Virus record (IMG/VR): IMGVR_UViG_3300045999_009829
Reading direction: 5' to 3' (one strand)
From: a virus
DNA length: 64,000 nucleotides
Positions 31,908-40,271 of this stretch are shown piece after piece. A program made the position numbers and the translations under genes. Below the pieces are notes generated by a model. That model had not been told where the DNA came from, ran no database searches, and worked only from the letters and a program-made list of their open reading frames with translations. Within the stretch, counting starts at the first letter, position 1; every line of letters starts with the position of its first letter.

Positions 31908-32857
31908 CAGTAGTTCTTCCGACCGCTGGGGTAGCGATCCGCAGAGTACTCCATGTCCTCATAGGCTTCAGGAGTGTCCCACTGACGGATGAGCTTCATG
32001 CCGTAGTTGTCAGTCTTGTTCAAGATCGTCACGTCCTTCTTGAGGATCAGTGGATTCAGTCGAGCCTGCTGACCGTGCTTGTTGACGATCGCCTCTAGAT
32101 CCACATGATGATGCACTCTACCATACCTTTCCTGTAAAGTCACCACATCTGGATGCATCTCGACAAGCATCTGAGACTTCTTGAGTGAGGCGTCCTCTGC
32201 GTAGTTATTGTAGATCTCAGAGGTGTTGCCGCCCTTGACCGTGCCAGTTCTTGCCTTGCCACACAAGAAGGAGTAGATCAGCATGGTGCAGAGACCCTCC
32301 TTGAGCACTCGGATGGACAGGTCGACGTCCTCGTTGTACCGACCACGCCACTTGTGAGGGCAGTCGTTGTCGATCAGGAAGCAAGACATGATCCGCGTGT
32401 TCAGGATGTATGGCGGATATGGGTAGTCGTCAACACAGAAGAACTTGTACTGGAGACCGGCGAGGGCTACATTCTCGAAGCGATCCACAAAGTCTTCTGT
32501 GGCACGGAAGCAGGCAGAGCCACGCTCGATCCGATAGCGCTTGTTCTGGTGAAAGCGCCAGAACTCGAAGATGTTGTCGTCCATGAGCCAGTGGCGCTTG
32601 AAGCCGTTAGCCTGCGAGTGTTCCCAGCACCAGTTGCGGGCGGGACCAGAGCCCTTGCCGTGGTTGCTGAACGGTAGAGTCAGCACCTTCTTGGGGTCAA
32701 TGACCGCAGCATAGTTTTCGTACTCCTGCGGCTCGACCGCAATGTAGTACGGGACGCCCATCCGCTCTAGAGCTCGAGAAGTGTGACGAGTCTCCCACCG
32801 ACCCTTGCTGATGATGTAGATGGGGTAGCGAGTGGTGAAGGCATCACTCATCTTCAA
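31907..32857 (-). CDS. GREB1/TET-associated-type GT-A glycosyltransferase (putative DNA base modifier)
   Basis: YPIYIISKGR, VEPQE, ARN, HWLMDDNI, YNEDVDLS, KGGNT. Confidence 0.75.
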   Translation of the reverse strand: MKMSDAFTTRYPIYIISKGRWETRHTSRALERMGVPYYIAVEPQEYENYAAVIDPKKVLTLPFSNHGKGSGPARNWCWEHSQANGFKRHWLMDDNIFEFWRFHQNKRYRIERGSACFRATEDFVDRFENVALAGLQYKFFCVDDYPYPPYILNTRIMSCFLIDNDCPHKWRGRYNEDVDLSIRVLKEGLCTMLIYSFLCGKARTGTVKGGNTSEIYNNYAEDASLKKSQMLVEMHPDVVTLQERYGRVHHHVDLEAIVNKHGQQARLNPLILKKDVTILNKTDNYGMKLIRQWDTPEAYEDMEYSADRYPSGRKNY

Positions 32858-33113
32858 CGATCCTGTTCATGTTGTTCTTCTCACGACCCTTGTCTGGGTA
32901 CCAGACCACGGCAGTCTTCTCGGTCAGGCTGTATCCAAGTAGTTCGGCAAACGCCTGACGGTCTTCCATGGTCTTGAACTTCACCTTGATCTGCTTGTAT
33001 GGAGACAGGTCACCGGTGTTGAACGCCGGCATGCCCGCCGCATACCACTGTAGGTATGGGTTGCGCCACTCGTTCTGTAGGTCTTCTACTGTAGATGTAT
33101 TTCCAAATAGCAT
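32844..33113 (-). CDS. Small glycosyltransferase-associated protein (paralog A)
   Basis: GMPAF...IKVKFKTMEDRQAFAELLG...TAVVWYP. Confidence 0.7.
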   Translation of the reverse strand: MLFGNTSTVEDLQNEWRNPYLQWYAAGMPAFNTGDLSPYKQIKVKFKTMEDRQAFAELLGYSLTEKTAVVWYPDKGREKNNMNRIVEDE

Positions 33114-33114
33114 G

Positions 33115-33468
33115 TCAGTCTCCCATGAATCCTAGGATGCCGTCATCGGTTTCCTTGGAGAACACAAGCACCGAGGTCTTGGGTCCGATGGGCTGTCCGA
33201 TGGCTTTCATGAACTCGTTGAGTTCACCCTGACACGTGAAGTTCACGTACAGGTTCTGCCAGTCTTCCGGAAACTCTGGGTCAATTGGCTTCGGCTTGAT
33301 GTAGGGCTTGTGCTCTTCTTGCTCGCCAAGAAACGAAGACAGACCCGTTGGGGTTGTCTCCTTGGCTTTATAACCCACTAGGTCTTCATAGTCAACTGAA
33401 GTATCGCGGACGTTTGTCACAAGTTCATCTCCAAGTAGATAGGGTATACCTGTTGAATTGGTCAACAA
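33115..33468 (-). CDS. Small glycosyltransferase-associated protein (paralog B)
   Basis: LYVNFTCQGELNEFMKAIGQPIGPKTSVLVF; start uncertain. Confidence 0.65.
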   Translation of the reverse strand: MLTNSTGIPYLLGDELVTNVRDTSVDYEDLVGYKAKETTPTGLSSFLGEQEEHKPYIKPKPIDPEFPEDWQNLYVNFTCQGELNEFMKAIGQPIGPKTSVLVFSKETDDGILGFMGD

Positions 33469-33886
33469 TCAATGAATCCGAGATCGTGTCAAGCAGTCGA
33501 GCATTCTCTTTCTTAAAGAGGTGCATCGTTCGGCCGTCTCGAGTGCGAAGTGATCGTGTCTCCCGCTTGTCCTTGGGAAAATCGTACAGGTTGACCACGT
33601 TCCCGTTGTATTTAGACGGCGTCTCGACGAAGATCAAGATGTCGACGTCACGGCACTTGGCGATCTGTCCTGGTTTGACGGTGAACGCGTTTTCCTTGTG
33701 CCACAGCTGTTGAGTCTTTACCTCACACGTGTGCTTTCCTAGGCCTATGACCATGTCCTTCTTCTGGTCAAATAGGTCAATGGACTCCTCCACATGGAGG
33801 CCTAGGTTACGAAAGTAGCGAGCTACCAGTCTCTCACCAAGGTCGCCTGTCTTGACCTTCATCTGATCTGCGTCTAGCACCGTCAT
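33425..33886 (-). CDS. PD-(D/E)xK nuclease-like protein
   Basis: GDLGERLV...KDM...CEVKT. Confidence 0.7.
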   Translation of the reverse strand: MTVLDADQMKVKTGDLGERLVARYFRNLGLHVEESIDLFDQKKDMVIGLGKHTCEVKTQQLWHKENAFTVKPGQIAKCRDVDILIFVETPSKYNGNVVNLYDFPKDKRETRSLRTRDGRTMHLFKKENARLLDTISDSLIVDQFNRYTLSTWR

Positions 33887-34347
33887 GTCCTCAGATAGGT
33901 GTGGATCTTTCTGATCTGATCAAGACGAACCTCAAAGTCGTTGAGCTGTCTTGTCTTACCAGATGGATGGTACAACTTTAGATGGGGAAAGTCAACCACT
34001 TGTAAAGCTTTGCTCACAAAGCCGCCAAGTGCAATCACCTTCTTCTTGTAGAAGGGAAGAAGTCTCTTCCTGAGAGAGGTGAGATCCACCAGCTTCAAGT
34101 CTGGCGGTGCATTGACCTCGTGGGGTATGACGTTCTGGAAGTCGAACTCATAGCACCGTGCCGCATGCATCCAGTCGATGACTGTCTGGACGGTGTCCTG
34201 CTTGTTGTACTTGCTGCTTCGCTCCTCCACCGTCTTAGTGGAGGGACAGAAGCCGACCACGATCACGCCGTCACTGAAAGCGTGTCGTGGGTCGATCATC
34301 TTCATGTACGCTACAGAAGCCTCTCGAGTATAAAGAGACTCGTGCAC
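33883..34347 (-). CDS. Uracil-DNA-glycosylase-fold protein
   Basis: VVGFCPS, VIALGGFVSKAL, LYHPSG. Confidence 0.65.
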   Translation of the reverse strand: MHESLYTREASVAYMKMIDPRHAFSDGVIVVGFCPSTKTVEERSSKYNKQDTVQTVIDWMHAARCYEFDFQNVIPHEVNAPPDLKLVDLTSLRKRLLPFYKKKVIALGGFVSKALQVVDFPHLKLYHPSGKTRQLNDFEVRLDQIRKIHTYLRT

Positions 34348-34358
34348 GGTAGTTCTCC

Positions 34359-34733
34359 TTAGCTGAAAACGGCGCCCTTGGTATCGGGAGGCGTCCAGCC
34401 CTCGGGTTTCAGGATCTTTCCGTCCTCACGGCTGATCGGCTTACCGTCAACTAGCTTTGCCATGTTGGACCGGTGGACCTCAGCAAACACTCGATCAAGT
34501 GGAATGCCGTAGGAGACCGCCGTGCCGCACGCAATGTAGATGATGTCGGCAAGTGCATCAGCAATCTCTACGATGTCGTTCTCCCACTCCGCGTCGAGGT
34601 ACTCATTAACCTCTTCACGCAGCAGATTTACCCTGAGAGTACGTTCCTCAATGGGAGGCAACTCAGGCTTTGTGCCCACGTTGAGACCGAAGGCGACCTG
34701 GAAGTCCTTGACGTCGTTGTACATATCAGTCAT
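34359..34733 (-). CDS. MazG/PRA-PH-like NTP pyrophosphohydrolase
   Basis: LREEVNE, IADALADIIY, EVHRSNMAK, DGKILKP. Confidence 0.9.
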   Translation of the reverse strand: MTDMYNDVKDFQVAFGLNVGTKPELPPIEERTLRVNLLREEVNEYLDAEWENDIVEIADALADIIYIACGTAVSYGIPLDRVFAEVHRSNMAKLVDGKPISREDGKILKPEGWTPPDTKGAVFS

Positions 34734-34944
34734 TGAGAATGTTCCCACGCACCAGGCAGATTCCCGAGTTGTTGTTTGGGATCCAAGTGCCACCTGCATC
34801 GATACACTTATTCATCGAAGCATAGTAATGTCGGTTGCCATTCATGGTGCCGATCGTAACGCCGATAATCAGAATCGACATAATGATTGTACCGCAGATA
34901 AAGAACAGGACTTCTGTCCCGTGTTCCCGTAAAAGTTCCTTCAT
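34726..34944 (-). CDS. Small membrane protein
   Basis: One TM helix; KCIDAGGTW. Confidence 0.6.
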   Translation of the reverse strand: MKELLREHGTEVLFFICGTIIMSILIIGVTIGTMNGNRHYYASMNKCIDAGGTWIPNNNSGICLVRGNILND

Positions 34945-34945
34945 A

Positions 34946-35482
34946 TCACATGATCCATTCAGGGGGTTGACGATTGGTCCAACTGTGCATCCGAGCCTTG
35001 CCTACCTTGTAGTAGTTTCGGTAGTTGGTCACCGGATCCTCACTGATGATGTACTGCTTGTCCATAGCGCAGGGCATCTCAGTCATGTCGTAGTCCCTCA
35101 GATTCTGGGGAGGGGACTGTAGGCAATAAGCAAGGTCAAAGCACTTATGTACCTTGCCGCCGTAGCGGTGAGAGTACTCGTCGTTGAGTGCATAGAAGTG
35201 CTCCACTAGCCAGAGGTAGTTCTCTACAGAAGTTCGGGTCCAGACCGCGGACGGATGGTTCATGTGCGTCGCTTGATACACGATGCTGTCACGGCCGTCG
35301 TCGAGAATGAACCGCTTGGCATTCCGTCCAGTCTTGGTCTTACCGAGAGTCATGCGGCCGTCAAGCATCCGATGGGCGGTCGACAAGAGCTGTGCAGTTT
35401 CCAAAATCATTTTTACTACATGACGGTCGACCATCCACTGTGCAGCTTGGCGAGGACAGCGGTCAATATAGAAAATGTTAAT
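34946..35482 (-). CDS. Pyrimidine-dimer DNA glycosylase (DenV-like family), probable ATT start
   Basis: (M)NIFYID...DRHVVKMILETAQLLST...HMNHPS...YRNYY. Confidence 0.85.
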   Translation of the reverse strand: MNIFYIDRCPRQAAQWMVDRHVVKMILETAQLLSTAHRMLDGRMTLGKTKTGRNAKRFILDDGRDSIVYQATHMNHPSAVWTRTSVENYLWLVEHFYALNDEYSHRYGGKVHKCFDLAYCLQSPPQNLRDYDMTEMPCAMDKQYIISEDPVTNYRNYYKVGKARMHSWTNRQPPEWIM

Positions 35483-36191
35483 TTTTTGTCTCCTTTGAGC
35501 GACAATTGTCAAAGTGATAGCGTTTCATCGCAAACGCACCCCCACTTTTACCACAATGTGGACAACTTGTCAACTCTTGTTTGAAGCCTTTCTCTCTTAC
35601 AGGAGAGTAGGCCTCATTCCAACCTTTTGCTTGTCTAAGAAGGCCTTCAGGTGATATTGACTCTCTTGATCTTTTACCATGTTCTTTAAGCTCTTCGGCT
35701 GTCATACTAGAAAATCTTTTGGCTTGAGCTTCACTTTTTAACCTTCTGGAATGCTCACTTTCCTTCATACCTCTTTTGCTTTTGTTTGCAGATTCGGTCA
35801 ACATCCGTTTTTGTTCCATGGTCATCCTTGATCTTTGCTCCTTAAGACTATTAGACAGCTTAAGAAGTGTTTCAGGTGAACATTCACGATCCACACAACC
35901 TTCTCCACCAGCCGTCATGTTATAGCCGAACTCGTACGAGTTTGAATTGTAGTGCCTTATCCACTTTTGCTCTAACTCATAGACATGTTCTGGCGCACAT
36001 GTTTCCAATAGACTGACATCAAAGTTTTCCACACCGTGCTTTTTCATTGATTGATACAGACGACGACCTTCAAGATTGGGCCCTCTGCTATTGCGAATGT
36101 GTTCCTTAAATCTGGATTCTATTGAGTGTTTTGTTATGCCGACATACTTTTTGCTGTTCAGTCGATTTTCTATCAGATAAACAAACGGCAT
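35478..36191 (-). mobile_element. Free-standing GIY-YIG homing endonuclease with NUMOD-like repeats and a C-terminal Zn knuckle
   Basis: FVYLIEN...YVGIT...RFKEH...GYNMTAGGEG; CPHCGK; AT-rich. Confidence 0.88.
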
Positions 36192-36251
36192 GTGAATCTC
36201 CCATACTTGACCACATGCTTATTTATCTTTACGACATGCTTGACGGCGTTA

Positions 36252-36365
36252 TTACTTGTCCGCGTGATAGCCGAGATGGAGCAGCCAGACAAGGATGACT
36301 CCTATGTGAGCCCAAAAGCCGGCTTCCAAGATGCTGAGTAAGAGAAATGCAATTAAGAGGGTCAT
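36252..36365 (-). CDS. 37-aa membrane peptide
   Basis: MTLLIAFLLLSILEAGFWAHIGVILVWLLHLGYHADK; ATGA overlap with the def-like stop. Confidence 0.45.
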   Translation of the reverse strand: MTLLIAFLLLSILEAGFWAHIGVILVWLLHLGYHADK

Positions 36366-36868
36366 CGCTTCCACTTCCTGAATGCTTGAGCTCGATGGAT
36401 CGGGTTGGCCTTCGAGTAGAAGTGCTCGCCGTTTAGGAAGTCCATGCAGTGCTGGAAAGTCCTAGCGGTTAGACCCGTGAAGGTCTCCGTCCTGGTCTGC
36501 CCGTTCGGCGTAGAGAAGCGGACCTTGACGTGCTGAGGGCGCTTGATCTTTACAAGCAGACCTGGATACGACATGGAGGTTTCCTCCAGCCTTATCTGCT
36601 CCTCGCTGGGCATCACGATCCTAGGATTGAAGCAGACAAAGTTCTCGGGTGCTCCACGCATTGCAAACACGCGAAGATTGATCCCAACCTGAGGTGCAGC
36701 AAGGCATACGCCGTTGTAGTCGTACATCGTCTTGACCAGTCTCTGAGCTAGATCAAGTGGGTCAAGCGGAGAGGATTGAAAGTTGAACTGTTCACAGATT
36801 GCCAGCTTCGCTAATTGACCTGGCCCTAGTATCGGCATGTTGTTCTCCATTCTATTGAACCTCTTCAA
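36362..36868 (-). CDS. def: Peptide deformylase homologue with inactivated catalytic motifs
   Basis: GVCLAAPQVG (cf. GxGLAAxQ), ETSMSYPG (cf. EGCLS), QHCMDFLNG (cf. QHExDHLxG). Confidence 0.85.
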   Translation of the reverse strand: MKRFNRMENNMPILGPGQLAKLAICEQFNFQSSPLDPLDLAQRLVKTMYDYNGVCLAAPQVGINLRVFAMRGAPENFVCFNPRIVMPSEEQIRLEETSMSYPGLLVKIKRPQHVKVRFSTPNGQTRTETFTGLTARTFQHCMDFLNGEHFYSKANPIHRAQAFRKWKR

Positions 36869-38567
36869 GTCTGCTGAAGTTCTTGTGCTTCACGAACCGG
36901 ATGGTGTTGGTGAACTTGTCGTGTAGATTATCCCTGTGAGAGATGATGAACACGTTGGACTCCCTGCTGAGTGCTTGCAGGATCTTCAGTAGATCATCTG
37001 CGGCATTACCGTCAAGGCTCGAGTCGAACACCTCGTCGAGGATGAGCAGGTTGGTGTTCAACGAGTTCCTGAGCTTGGCGACTGCCCTCCACGTGAACAG
37101 GATCGCCAGGTCGATCTTCTGCTTCTCGCCCTCGCTGAAGGACGCGTAGGAGAACTCGTCACGGTGCCTGGACTTGATGGTCTCGTTGAACTGCTCGTCC
37201 AGGTGGAACTCCACGAACAGGTCAAACTCGCTCAAGTACTTATTGATGAGCTTGTTGATGATCGGCACGTACTGGTTGACGATCTTGGTCTTGATGCCGC
37301 CGTCCTTGAGCAATGCGGATGCCGCAGCGAGCACCTGACGGTCATCCTGGAGCTCGTTGTAGAGGCTGGTCAATCCGTTAAGCTGGGTCTCCAGGTCTGC
37401 AACCTTGACGTCGCTGGTCTCGTCCTTGTCACGCTGGGCATCCTCGATCTCTTTCTGGATGGACTTGATCTGGTCCTCGTACATCCGTGCACGTAGAGTC
37501 TCGTGTGATATCTGAGTGATGATCTCGTCGTACTTCTTGTCTAGAGCCAGGAGCTCGTTGAGTTCGGCGTGCAGTTGCTCGTGTTTCTCCGCCAGCTTCT
37601 GCAGACCGGCTTCAATCTCCTTGGTCTCCGTCTCCCGCTGAGAGACTATCTGACAGCTGAATTCTCGGTCGATGTTCTGTCGGCAAGTCGGACAGCTGTC
37701 GTGGTCAGTGAAGAACTTGATGTCCTTGACGAGCATGGAGGTCTTTGCCTCCATCTGTGCCCGGAGGGCTCGCATCTTCTCAAGCTTTAATTTCAGAGCA
37801 GTCGACTGCCCTGCATCGGTGTTCAGGTCATCCGCTTGCTTCCTGAGAGTCTGCTTTGCGTTCAGGATCTCAGCGACCTTGGACTCTAGACTCTCCAGGG
37901 TCACCGTCTTTTCCCTGATGAACTGCTCGCTCTTGGACCGAACCTCGTTGAGGTGAGCCTTGAGCATCTTGATCTTTTCAGACACCAGCTTCTGGTCAGT
38001 CGAGTTCTGGAAGATCTGGTCCTGGTTCTCCTGCACACGGGACTTCAGCAGCGTGTTCATGACCGTAAAGACCTGCAGGTCTAGCAGGTCCTCGATGATC
38101 GAGCGCCTCTGTCCCGCCGGCAACTGCATGAACGGAACAAAGGATGCGGACCCAAGCACCACTACCTGACAGAAGGACTTGTAGTTAGTCTTTAGGATCT
38201 TTCGCTCCAGGAGCTCCTGGTAGTCCCTCATCTCTGCTTCTTGGTTAAGCAGTACGTCGTTGCAGAAGACCTCAAACACGTTCGGCTTGAGGCCTCGGCG
38301 GATCATGTAGTGGTTCCTGCCGATCATGAACTCCAGCTCGACCAGTGCGTCACGGTTGGTGATGCTGTTGATTAGCTGGGGCTTGTTGATGTTACGGAAG
38401 GGCTTGCCGAAGAGGGCAAACGTCAGGGCGTCAAGGATCGTTGACTTGCCGGCGCCGTTCTCGCCCACGATCAGGGTCGTGCCCTGAGTCGACAAGTCTA
38501 GCTCAGTGAACGCGTTTCCGGTGGAGAGTAGGTTCTTCCACCTGATCTTGCCAAATGCAATTCCCAT
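36852..38567 (-). CDS. 46: Recombination endonuclease ATPase subunit (gp46, Rad50/SbcC-like)
   Basis: GENGAGKST, CPTC hook, FSEGEK, LDEVFD. Confidence 0.97.
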   Translation of the reverse strand: MGIAFGKIRWKNLLSTGNAFTELDLSTQGTTLIVGENGAGKSTILDALTFALFGKPFRNINKPQLINSITNRDALVELEFMIGRNHYMIRRGLKPNVFEVFCNDVLLNQEAEMRDYQELLERKILKTNYKSFCQVVVLGSASFVPFMQLPAGQRRSIIEDLLDLQVFTVMNTLLKSRVQENQDQIFQNSTDQKLVSEKIKMLKAHLNEVRSKSEQFIREKTVTLESLESKVAEILNAKQTLRKQADDLNTDAGQSTALKLKLEKMRALRAQMEAKTSMLVKDIKFFTDHDSCPTCRQNIDREFSCQIVSQRETETKEIEAGLQKLAEKHEQLHAELNELLALDKKYDEIITQISHETLRARMYEDQIKSIQKEIEDAQRDKDETSDVKVADLETQLNGLTSLYNELQDDRQVLAAASALLKDGGIKTKIVNQYVPIINKLINKYLSEFDLFVEFHLDEQFNETIKSRHRDEFSYASFSEGEKQKIDLAILFTWRAVAKLRNSLNTNLLILDEVFDSSLDGNAADDLLKILQALSRESNVFIISHRDNLHDKFTNTIRFVKHKNFSRLEEVQ

Positions 38568-39640
38568 TATGTCTCTACCGTGATTGCCTGACCGTATAGG
38601 TCCACAATCAGTCTTTCAAGTTTAGCGTGGTTCAGGTTCGGTGCCTGTATTTGATTTAGGTGCTTCTTGAACACGTCGAGCGTGGACTCCGCCTCGTTGA
38701 CGATGTCCTCGTCGTTCTCTAGATTCAAGTTCAGGTGATCCTCTACGATCTGCATGCCCAGAGGACCCGCCTTGTCGAGTCGCTCACACACCATGTCAAA
38801 CCAGTAGGGATTGGTCTTTTCCTGCACGATGAGCTTGATGTACTTGCCCGAGCACTCACCGAAGTTCATGCCGAGTACTTCCTCCAGAGTCTTGCCCTTG
38901 TCGCTGTACCACACCTTCTTGAACATGGTATGCGGGTTGGGGATGAACTCTAGTTCTTGCGTCTTGAGATCAAAGATATGAAAGCCACGGGGATCGCCAT
39001 GATCAGACCAAGTAAACTCGCCATGAGAACCAACGTAAGTGATGCTGCCATCACTAGACTTATGATGAAAATGGCCAGAGAAAGTAGCAGCAAACCTATC
39101 AAACAGGCTGCGGCTCTCTCCATGAGTTGACACACTGCCCCTGTACATCTCGAAGCCGCTGATTTCAAGGTGTCCCATGCAGACATTGGCTTTGCTCTCC
39201 TTCAGTAGAGTCAGACTCTTGGCTCGATTGTCGTCACAGATCCACGGGATGAACAGGACCTGGTACCCACAGAGATCGACCTCTTCAGGTCCGATGTAGC
39301 ACTCGATGTTGGGATAGTTGACGCCCAAGAGCTCAGTCAGGGCGTTGACCTGGTTCGTGTTCTTGTAATAGCAGTCGTGGTTGCCAGCAATGACGTGCAT
39401 CTGATAGTTCTTGCGCCGCAGGACGTTTAGAAAGTCCTTGCGTAGTCGACCTGCAGTCAGATAGCTGATATGTTTTCGGCGGTCGACAAGGTCTCCTAGG
39501 TGCACGATGTCACTGATTCCTCGGTCATGCAGAGTCGGGAAGAACACGTCATCAAGGAACCGCTTGGTCATGTCCATGAAGGGAACGCTGTCGCCGCGGA
39601 CACCCCAGTGGGTGTCGGCTATAATAGCTACTTTAGTCAA
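38567..39640 (-). CDS. 47: Recombination endonuclease nuclease subunit (gp47, Mre11/SbcD-like)
   Basis: DTHWG, HLGD, GNHD, SGHFH. Confidence 0.97.
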   Translation of the reverse strand: MTKVAIIADTHWGVRGDSVPFMDMTKRFLDDVFFPTLHDRGISDIVHLGDLVDRRKHISYLTAGRLRKDFLNVLRRKNYQMHVIAGNHDCYYKNTNQVNALTELLGVNYPNIECYIGPEEVDLCGYQVLFIPWICDDNRAKSLTLLKESKANVCMGHLEISGFEMYRGSVSTHGESRSLFDRFAATFSGHFHHKSSDGSITYVGSHGEFTWSDHGDPRGFHIFDLKTQELEFIPNPHTMFKKVWYSDKGKTLEEVLGMNFGECSGKYIKLIVQEKTNPYWFDMVCERLDKAGPLGMQIVEDHLNLNLENDEDIVNEAESTLDVFKKHLNQIQAPNLNHAKLERLIVDLYGQAITVET

Positions 39641-39644
39641 TGCT

Positions 39645-40163
39645 CTACTCCAGAAACTTCTCTACTCCGGAGACTTTATCCTGCTTTTTGTTCTTTGTCA
39701 ACTTACTTTCGAAGCTATGGATGATCTCGTTGGACAGGTCGTTGTTCTTGATCTGAAATGATGCGCCCGTGTCACCGTACTGCATGTCGTCCATCTCACC
39801 TGACAGGTAGGTGTGCTGGATGTTCTTGTGCTTCACGTACTGTTCTCGCTTTTCACTGCTGATTCGGCGAATGAAGGCGTTCCATGCAATCTGGGTGAAG
39901 TAGGCAAACGGGTTGTTGGTCCTGGCGGGATCAAACAGGTGCACAGCCTTGATGCAGTTTTCGATGCCGTCGGACACCATCTCATCCCGGAATGAATAGC
40001 CGACAAAGTTGGGCTTGGTCGAGAGTCGCTCACAGATCTTGAAGATGCACACGCCTAGGTACTCTGGGATCCTGGCGTTGGGGTCCTCCTTGAGCTTCTC
40101 CCTGTAAGCAACAATGGCTTCATAGAAATCTCGGTTGTTGACATAGTGTCGCTTTGCTGCCAT
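39645..40163 (-). CDS. 55: Late-transcription sigma factor (gp55)
   Basis: HYVNN, PNFVGYSFRDEMVSDGIENC, NPFAYFTQI. Confidence 0.96.
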   Translation of the reverse strand: MAAKRHYVNNRDFYEAIVAYREKLKEDPNARIPEYLGVCIFKICERLSTKPNFVGYSFRDEMVSDGIENCIKAVHLFDPARTNNPFAYFTQIAWNAFIRRISSEKREQYVKHKNIQHTYLSGEMDDMQYGDTGASFQIKNNDLSNEIIHSFESKLTKNKKQDKVSGVEKFLE

Positions 40164-40169
40164 TTTCAG

Positions 40170-40197
40170 TTGACCCGTCCGTGTTGTGTGGTATAAT
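40170..40197 (+). promoter_or_regulatory. Sigma70-type promoter antisense to the gp55 leader
   Basis: TTGACC-N16-TATAAT on + strand. Confidence 0.55.
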
Positions 40198-40238
40198 AGA
40201 GCTGTGGTGATGAGGAAATATCAACACCTTACTTAAGT

Positions 40239-40267
40239 AATATACACCAAAACTGATTTGGTGTAAA
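40239..40267 (-). promoter_or_regulatory. Probable gp55 promoter, embedded in an inverted repeat
   Basis: TTTACA-N17-TATATT; TACACCAAA/TTTGGTGTA. Confidence 0.55.
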
Positions 40268-40271
40268 ACTA

